Part shown: positions 37,921 through 43,726 of the stretch, in pieces | Layout: each line of letters begins with the position of its first letter | Numbering within the stretch: position 1 is the stretch's first letter | Assembly (NCBI GenBank): GCA_937897575.1 | Contig: CALCQG010000102.1 | Span: 1 to 43,726, forward strand | Direction: 5' to 3' | Length of the DNA stretch: 43,726 nucleotides | Source: an uncultured Synergistales bacterium | Lineage (GTDB): Bacteria; Synergistota; Synergistia; Synergistales; Aminobacteriaceae | The notes under the pieces: model-generated | Databases searched by the model: none | What the model was told of the DNA's origin: nothing | Seen by the model: only the letters and a program-made list of their open reading frames with translations | Made by a program: the position numbers and the translations under genes

Positions 37921-38682
37921 CTACCTCTTCACGCCCTTCACGATGTCTCTGAAGAGCTCCGCGAAGAGCAGGGTGTCCATGTTGTACGCGATGTAGCGGA
38001 ACCCCTGTTCGATCCGCTTGTTCGCCTCGTCCACGGAGCCCACGAAGATCCCCGCGGGCTTCCCCGCCCTTTGTATGGAAGACAGCGCGCGTGCCACGGC
38101 GTCCACCATCACCGGGTGGTAGATCTGCCCCGGGATGCCATAGGACTGGGAGAGGTCGTAGGGGCCTACGAACACCACATCCACGCCGTCCACCGACGCG
38201 ATCTCGTCGAGCCGGTCGAGCCCCTCCCTGTTCTCGCAGTGGACGATCACCGCCGTGTCCTCGTTGGCCTCGGCGAAGTAGTCCGCCACGCTCGTCACGA
38301 AGCCGTACCGGGAGGACCGCGTGAGGCAGGCCCCTCGTTCCCCCTTGGGGAAGTACTTGGCCGAGGAGACCACCCCTTCCACCGCGGCCCTCGAGTTCAC
38401 CTGGGGCACCTGAATCCCCGCCGCGCCCACGTCCAGAGTCCGAAGGATCGTCGTCGGGGCCGTATCCGTCACCCGAACGATGGGGGCGATTCCCCGGAGA
38501 GCCGCCGCCCGAAGCATGTTCTGGACGGAGTGAGGGTTCCCCGGGCCGTGCTCCGTGTCGATGATGCAGAAATCGAAGCCCGCCAGCCCCGCGATCTCCA
38601 CGATGTCGGGGCAATCCAGCGTGATGAAGGGGCCGAGGACCACCTCGCCCGCCGCAAGTCTTCTCTTCAGTTCGTTCGCCAT
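37921..38682 (-). CDS. HpcH/HpaI-family class II aldolase
   Basis: AGFDFCIIDTEHG, LDVGAAGIQVPQV, KYFPKGERG, CENREG, FVGPYDLS. Confidence 0.9.
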   Translation of the reverse strand: MANELKRRLAAGEVVLGPFITLDCPDIVEIAGLAGFDFCIIDTEHGPGNPHSVQNMLRAAALRGIAPIVRVTDTAPTTILRTLDVGAAGIQVPQVNSRAAVEGVVSSAKYFPKGERGACLTRSSRYGFVTSVADYFAEANEDTAVIVHCENREGLDRLDEIASVDGVDVVFVGPYDLSQSYGIPGQIYHPVMVDAVARALSSIQRAGKPAGIFVGSVDEANKRIEQGFRYIAYNMDTLLFAELFRDIVKGVKR

Positions 38683-38734
38683 TGCTCCCCCTCCAGACCG
38701 GTCGTGATATTGTCACAGGCGGAGGACACCCGCC

Positions 38735-39655
38735 TCAGTGTCCGACGATGTGCTTCTTGCCGTGGTACTTCTCCTCGAGGATCTTCTTGGGGATGTATCG
38801 CTCCTCCATGGCCTGGATCTCCTCCAGCCGGACCACCTCGGCAAACTCGCCGAAGGTGAAGAGCTTGTCCAGATACCCGTCGGAGACGCCCTCTTTGCGG
38901 ATTTTCGTCATGACGTCGTACATCCCTCGGGCGGCGGCGAAGAGGGCCGAGAGGGCCGGGACGATGAACTTGAACCCCATGGCCTCGGCCTCCTGCACGG
39001 GGACCAGGGGCGTCTTGCCCCCCTCGATGAGGTTCAGCATGAGAGGCGCCCGGATCTCCTCCAGGGCGCGCTTCATCTGCTCCCGCGTCTCGAGAGCCTC
39101 CACGAAGACCATGTCCACGCCCACCTCCACGGCGGATTTCGCCCGGTGCAGGGCGTCGTCGAAGCCCGTCACATGGATGGCGTCCGTCCTGTACATGACC
39201 ACGAAGTCCGGGTCGATGGCGTCGCGGGCATCCAGGGCGGCCCGCAGCTTTCCCATCATCTCGTCCTCGGGGATCACCTGCTTGCCCTCCATGTGGCCGC
39301 ACCGCTTCGGCGACACCTGATCCTCCATGAAGAGCCCCGCCGCTCCGGTCCACACGTACTCCTGAACCGTCCGGTAGGCGTTGACGGCGTTGCCGAAGCC
39401 GTTGTCCGAGTCGCCGAGCACCGGGATCCGCACCGCTCTCGTTATGGACTTCAACTGGGCAGCCATCTCCGTCTGGGTCAGCAGGCCGATGTCCGGCTGC
39501 CCCAGACGCGCCGCGGACGTCCCGTACCCTGAATGAAAGACGGCCTCGAAACCGGCCATCTCGCAGATGCGGGCGCTCAAAGAATCGTAGACCCCCGGTA
39601 TCACCACCGCTCCGGGACGGCGAATGATCTCGCGTATCCGGGTCGTGCTCCTCAT
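38735..39655 (-). CDS. Isocitrate lyase/PEP mutase family lyase (PrpB or dimethylmalate-lyase-like)
   Basis: PGVYDSLSA, DSDNGFG, EDQVSPKRCGH, RTDA, NLIEGGKTP. Confidence 0.9.
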   Translation of the reverse strand: MRSTTRIREIIRRPGAVVIPGVYDSLSARICEMAGFEAVFHSGYGTSAARLGQPDIGLLTQTEMAAQLKSITRAVRIPVLGDSDNGFGNAVNAYRTVQEYVWTGAAGLFMEDQVSPKRCGHMEGKQVIPEDEMMGKLRAALDARDAIDPDFVVMYRTDAIHVTGFDDALHRAKSAVEVGVDMVFVEALETREQMKRALEEIRAPLMLNLIEGGKTPLVPVQEAEAMGFKFIVPALSALFAAARGMYDVMTKIRKEGVSDGYLDKLFTFGEFAEVVRLEEIQAMEERYIPKKILEEKYHGKKHIVGH

Positions 39656-39844
39656 GATCCATCTCCCCTTATCCTGTGGTCTTCGACGTAGAGCACAACG
39701 ATCGGGAAGGCGTTCCTCAGCCGTCCCCGTCACCGGCTCCTTTGCGTATTATACCGGATTTCATCGCAGCACAGAGGGGGAGAACGATCCGAGCCCTGTG
39801 GTCCGAGGCGGCCGACCCTTTTCGCGGGAGGACGATCCCCCCTT

Positions 39845-39872
39845 TTGACAACGGAGCGAAGTCCGGTACAAT
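39845..39872 (+). promoter_or_regulatory. Sigma70 promoter immediately before the UPF0182 start codon
   Basis: TTGACA-16 bp-TACAAT; ATG follows after 6 bp. Confidence 0.75.
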
Positions 39873-39878
39873 GCCAGT

Positions 39879-42671
39879 ATGATGAAAAACAACTGGTTCC
39901 CCGAAGATTTCTGGGATAAGACGGACGAAGAGGTCCGCCGCCATATTCCCCGGCTGCCGAAGATACGGAAATCCCTCGTCGTCGGGGGCGGCCTTGTCCT
40001 GTTGCTTCTTCTGGCCTTCCCGGCCCTGACGGAGATCTACACGGAGTACCTCTGGTACAGCACCGAGGGCTACGGCTCCGTGTTCTGGACACGCATCGTG
40101 GCCAGGATACCGCTCTTCATCGCCGGCTTCCTGGCCACGAGCCTCATCCTGTGGCTCCACTTCGCGTCCGTCCGCCGGACGCTTCGGGCCGTCGCCCCGC
40201 AGTACGACGGCCTTCTCGGCGCCCGACCCATCGGCCTCGTCCTTCTGGCCGCGGCCCTCTTCCTCGGACTGTCCTCGGGGGCCTCCGTCTCCACCGAATG
40301 GGGCATGGTCCTCCGCTTCCTCCGCGGGATGCCCTTCGGGACCCGGGACGCCATCTTCGGCAAGGACATCGGCTTCTACACCTTCGGTCTGCCCTTCTGG
40401 AAGTTCCTCCACGGCGAGGCTCTGGACCTGCTCCTCCTCTGCCTTCTCACCGCGGGAGGCGCCTACGCCTTCTTCCTGATGCGCGACCGGGCCCAGGACG
40501 GGACACTCTCCGTTCCGCCCCGGGTTCAGGCCCACCTCACAATCCTGGCGGCTGCAGGCGCCCTCCTCTGGGGCGTTCGATACTGGCTCGAGCGGTACGC
40601 CATCCTCTACTCACCCCGGGGGGCCACCTACGGAGCCGGCTACACGGACGTCCACGCCGAACTTCTGGCCCTGAATGTCCTGGCGGCCATATCGGCCCTC
40701 ATCGCGGTCTTTCTCCTCGCCAGCCTGGTGCGCAAGACCTGGAAGATCTCCCTCGGCCTCGTGGCGCTCCTCTTTCTGTCCAACATCGTCCTCCGGGGCA
40801 TGTACCCCGCCCTGGTCCAGAAGTACTTCGTCGAGCCCAACGAGTTCGACAGGGAGAGGCCCTACATCCAGAACAACATCGAGGCCACCCTCAAGGCCTA
40901 CGACCTCCACGACATCGAGCTGAGGACCGTCGTCCCCGACGACGCCATCCGATGGGAGGACATCGAGGGCAACCAGGACACCATCCGGAACGTCCGGCTC
41001 TGGGATCACGCCCCTCTGCTCAGAAGCTACAAGCAGCTCCAGGAGATCCGGACCTACTACGACTTCTCCAGCGTGGACATCGACCGATACACCGTGGACG
41101 GCGAGTACCGCCAGGTCATGCTCTCCCCCCGGGAGCTCGACATCCACGAGATGCAGAACCCCACGTGGATCAACATGCGCCTCGAGTTCACCCACGGCTA
41201 CGGCGTCGTCATGAACCCGGTGAACGAGGTGACGGGGACGGGGCAGCCCAGGCTCTGGATACGGGACATCCCCCCCATACGGGAGATCCCCCTGGCCCTG
41301 GACCGGCCGCAGATCTACTACGGCGAGAAGCCAAGCTCCTACGTCTTCGTCGGCACCACCGTCCGGGAGTTCGACTACCCCATGGGGGACTCCAACGTCC
41401 GGACGGCCTACGAGGGCAAGGGCGGTGTCCCCATGGGCTCCTTCCTCCGGCGAATCCTCTTCGCCATCAAGTTCGCCGACATGAAGATCCTCTTCTCCGA
41501 TGTCTTCACGCCGGACAGCAGGATCCTCTACTACCAGAACATCCGCGAGCGCCTGGCCATGGTGGCCCCATTCCTCGCCTTCGACGGCGACCCCTACCTC
41601 GTCGTCTCCGGAGGCCGGCTCGTGTGGATGCAGGACGCCTACACCACGACGGATCGGTACCCCTACTCCCAGCCCATCCGTCTGGGGAGCCGTTTCACCA
41701 TCAACTACATACGGAACAGCGTGAAGGCCACCGTGGACGCCTACGACGGCACCATGCGCTTTTACGCCTCGGACCCGGAGGACCCGATTCTCCAGACCTG
41801 GGGCAATATCTTCACGGGCCTGTTCCGCCCCCTGTCGGAGATGCCCGGGGACCTGCGAAACCACCTCCGCTACCCCCAGGACCTCTTCAACATTCAGAGC
41901 GAGATCTACCGGACCTACCATATGACGGACGCCAACACGTTCTACAACAAGGAGGACGTCTGGGACCGGATGAACAGCAACGAGCAGAACCGGGGAGGAC
42001 TCGACGCCTACTACGTCAACATGCGCCTCGCCGGCGAGGACCGGTCGGAGTTCGTCCTCATCACGCCCTTCATGCCCGTGAACAAGAACAACATGATGGC
42101 GTGGATGGCCGGCCGCTCCGACGGCGGCGAGTACGGCCAGCTTCTCGTCTACCAGTTCCCGAAGCAGAAGCTCGTCTACGGCCCCTCCCAGGTCGAGGCC
42201 CTCACGAACCAGCACCCCGAAATATCGGCTCAGCTCTCCCTCTGGAGCCAGCGGGGCACCTCCGTCATCCGGGGCAACATGACCGTCATCCCTGTGGGCA
42301 ACGGCATCCTCTACGTCCAACCCCTCTACCTGAGGGCGGAGAACAGCGAGCTCCCCGAGCTCAAGAGGGTCATCACGTCCACCGGCGGCCGGGTCGTCTG
42401 GGGCGAGACCCTGGAGCTCTCCCTGCAACGCCTTCTCGGGGCCCCACAGCAGGGGGCTGCCGCGGCCGACGAGCCTTCGCCCGCCCCGCTCGCTCCCTCC
42501 CCGGGCGAGTCCGAGTCCCTGCGGTCTCTGGCGGCCTCGGCCCTCGAGACCTGGGAGAACGCCCGGCGAGCCCTTCGAAACGAGGACTGGGAGGGGTACG
42601 GCCGGGAGATCGGCCGTCTCGAGACCCTCCTCAAGGCTCTTCGGGAGCAGGCGGACGAACAGTCGCCCTGA
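39879..42671 (+). CDS. UPF0182 (COG1615) family membrane protein
   Basis: FGKDIGFYTFGLP, YGAGYTDVHA, VEPNE..RE.PYI..NI.AT..AY, NVRLWD, FTHGYG, NYIRNSVKATVDAYDG, LYVQPLYL, PELKRVI. Confidence 0.93.
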   Translation: MMKNNWFPEDFWDKTDEEVRRHIPRLPKIRKSLVVGGGLVLLLLLAFPALTEIYTEYLWYSTEGYGSVFWTRIVARIPLFIAGFLATSLILWLHFASVRRTLRAVAPQYDGLLGARPIGLVLLAAALFLGLSSGASVSTEWGMVLRFLRGMPFGTRDAIFGKDIGFYTFGLPFWKFLHGEALDLLLLCLLTAGGAYAFFLMRDRAQDGTLSVPPRVQAHLTILAAAGALLWGVRYWLERYAILYSPRGATYGAGYTDVHAELLALNVLAAISALIAVFLLASLVRKTWKISLGLVALLFLSNIVLRGMYPALVQKYFVEPNEFDRERPYIQNNIEATLKAYDLHDIELRTVVPDDAIRWEDIEGNQDTIRNVRLWDHAPLLRSYKQLQEIRTYYDFSSVDIDRYTVDGEYRQVMLSPRELDIHEMQNPTWINMRLEFTHGYGVVMNPVNEVTGTGQPRLWIRDIPPIREIPLALDRPQIYYGEKPSSYVFVGTTVREFDYPMGDSNVRTAYEGKGGVPMGSFLRRILFAIKFADMKILFSDVFTPDSRILYYQNIRERLAMVAPFLAFDGDPYLVVSGGRLVWMQDAYTTTDRYPYSQPIRLGSRFTINYIRNSVKATVDAYDGTMRFYASDPEDPILQTWGNIFTGLFRPLSEMPGDLRNHLRYPQDLFNIQSEIYRTYHMTDANTFYNKEDVWDRMNSNEQNRGGLDAYYVNMRLAGEDRSEFVLITPFMPVNKNNMMAWMAGRSDGGEYGQLLVYQFPKQKLVYGPSQVEALTNQHPEISAQLSLWSQRGTSVIRGNMTVIPVGNGILYVQPLYLRAENSELPELKRVITSTGGRVVWGETLELSLQRLLGAPQQGAAAADEPSPAPLAPSPGESESLRSLAASALETWENARRALRNEDWEGYGREIGRLETLLKALREQADEQSP

Positions 42672-42956
42672 CCGCTCCGGCATGGCGGACGACGAGACAG
42701 GTCCAGCGTTGCACGCAAAATTATATTTCAATTAAAAATACGAACCCTATGTGTCGTTAACGACTCATTTATTCTTTTTCATATTTTTATTTAATTAAAA
42801 TATAATATATGGCGGAGTCTTTGCAGAATATAAGAATGGGCATTTAATATATTCGGGCAAAATTTGCCCGATTTTCGATTCCCCCCATACAATATAGCTC
42901 CTTTTCACCTTCACCAGCCTGATGGGACGAAGAGGCTGGCCTCAGGGAGGGTCTGT

Positions 42957-43691
42957 ATGGGACAGAAATTACGGAAGGGGTTCGTTGCCCTTCTCCTTTT
43001 CTCAGCGGCGGGATTTCTCTTCCTCACCCTGGGAGAGAGCAGCCGTGTCGAATCGCTGCGCTACTCCACGCACTCAGGGCGGGTAACCGCCCAAAACCAG
43101 GACGGAATATGGCACGCCCATCCGGACATGCTGACCCTCGTTCAACGGGTGCATGACGGACTGGCGAACGCCGTCCGGCCCGTGGCCGATGCCGGTCGGG
43201 ATATGACGGATACGGCGGAGATGCTCATGGCCCGGACCATGGACGGCATCGAGGAGCTCGCCCGGTTCATTCAGTCCCAGAACCCCTCCGTATCCATGGA
43301 TTCGGCTCTCTGTCAGGCCGCGGCCTTTCTGAAGTACTCTCTCAAGTACGACGCCCCCCTCGACCTCCTCGTGGCCGTCGCCCACACCGAGAGCAGATTC
43401 GCCTCCGACGCCAGGAGCAAGGCCGGCGCCGCCGGCGTGATGCAGGTCATGTGGAGAGTCCACTCGGGGCTCCTCACGGCCAACGGCATCACCAGCGAGG
43501 AGGACCTCCACGACCCCGAGATGGGCATCGCCGCCGGGTCGCTCCTCCTCTCCCGATACCTCCGGACCTACGGCGACACCCAGACGGCCCTGGGCCGATA
43601 CTACGGAGGCTCCGCCTCGGTCTACTGGTCCCGGGTCTCCCGGAGCCTCTCGAAGGTCCGGGCACTGGACCTCCTGGCAACCCTCTTCTAA
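42957..43691 (+). CDS. Lytic transglycosylase (SLT domain) with N-terminal anchor
   Basis: N-terminal TM; AVAHTESRF (catalytic Glu), GAAGVMQV, ALGRYYGG; SD GGGAGG. Confidence 0.88.
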   Translation: MGQKLRKGFVALLLFSAAGFLFLTLGESSRVESLRYSTHSGRVTAQNQDGIWHAHPDMLTLVQRVHDGLANAVRPVADAGRDMTDTAEMLMARTMDGIEELARFIQSQNPSVSMDSALCQAAAFLKYSLKYDAPLDLLVAVAHTESRFASDARSKAGAAGVMQVMWRVHSGLLTANGITSEEDLHDPEMGIAAGSLLLSRYLRTYGDTQTALGRYYGGSASVYWSRVSRSLSKVRALDLLATLF

Positions 43692-43726
43692 GGGCTCCGA
43701 CGAAATTCCACGACGAAGCAGCGGGG

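Noticed and set aside
42709..42870. Replication origin
   Set aside because: No clustered DnaA boxes and no dnaA/parAB-type context visible.

Overview
GC-rich bacterial window from a diderm organism (TolC-like and SLT genes; the overall look suggests Synergistota, which is inference only). Left (1-16.3 kb): mostly secreted, membrane or repeat proteins, including two ankyrin proteins, a double-DUF2207 protein, a TMEM43 homologue, a BspA-type LRR protein, a HEAT-repeat protein and a Zn-ribbon Ser/Thr kinase. Middle: after thrC lies a ~7.9 kb island bounded by an 85-bp near-identical direct repeat that is the 3' end of a third ankyrin gene. The island carries the most interesting system here, a candidate exopolysaccharide synthesis/secretion module: TolC-like protein fused to a GH18-like barrel, HlyD-like adaptor, Zn-ribbon/degenerate-GGDEF protein with an intact RxxD c-di-GMP site, processive GT2 synthase, and an upstream WbpP-like UDP-sugar epimerase. 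Right: leuACDB under an unannotated Leu4 leader-peptide attenuator, a liv-type ABC transporter, an ICL/PEP-mutase-family lyase with an HpcH aldolase, a probably leaderless UPF0182 gene and a lytic transglycosylase. No rRNA, tRNA, CRISPR array, transposase or integrase was seen.
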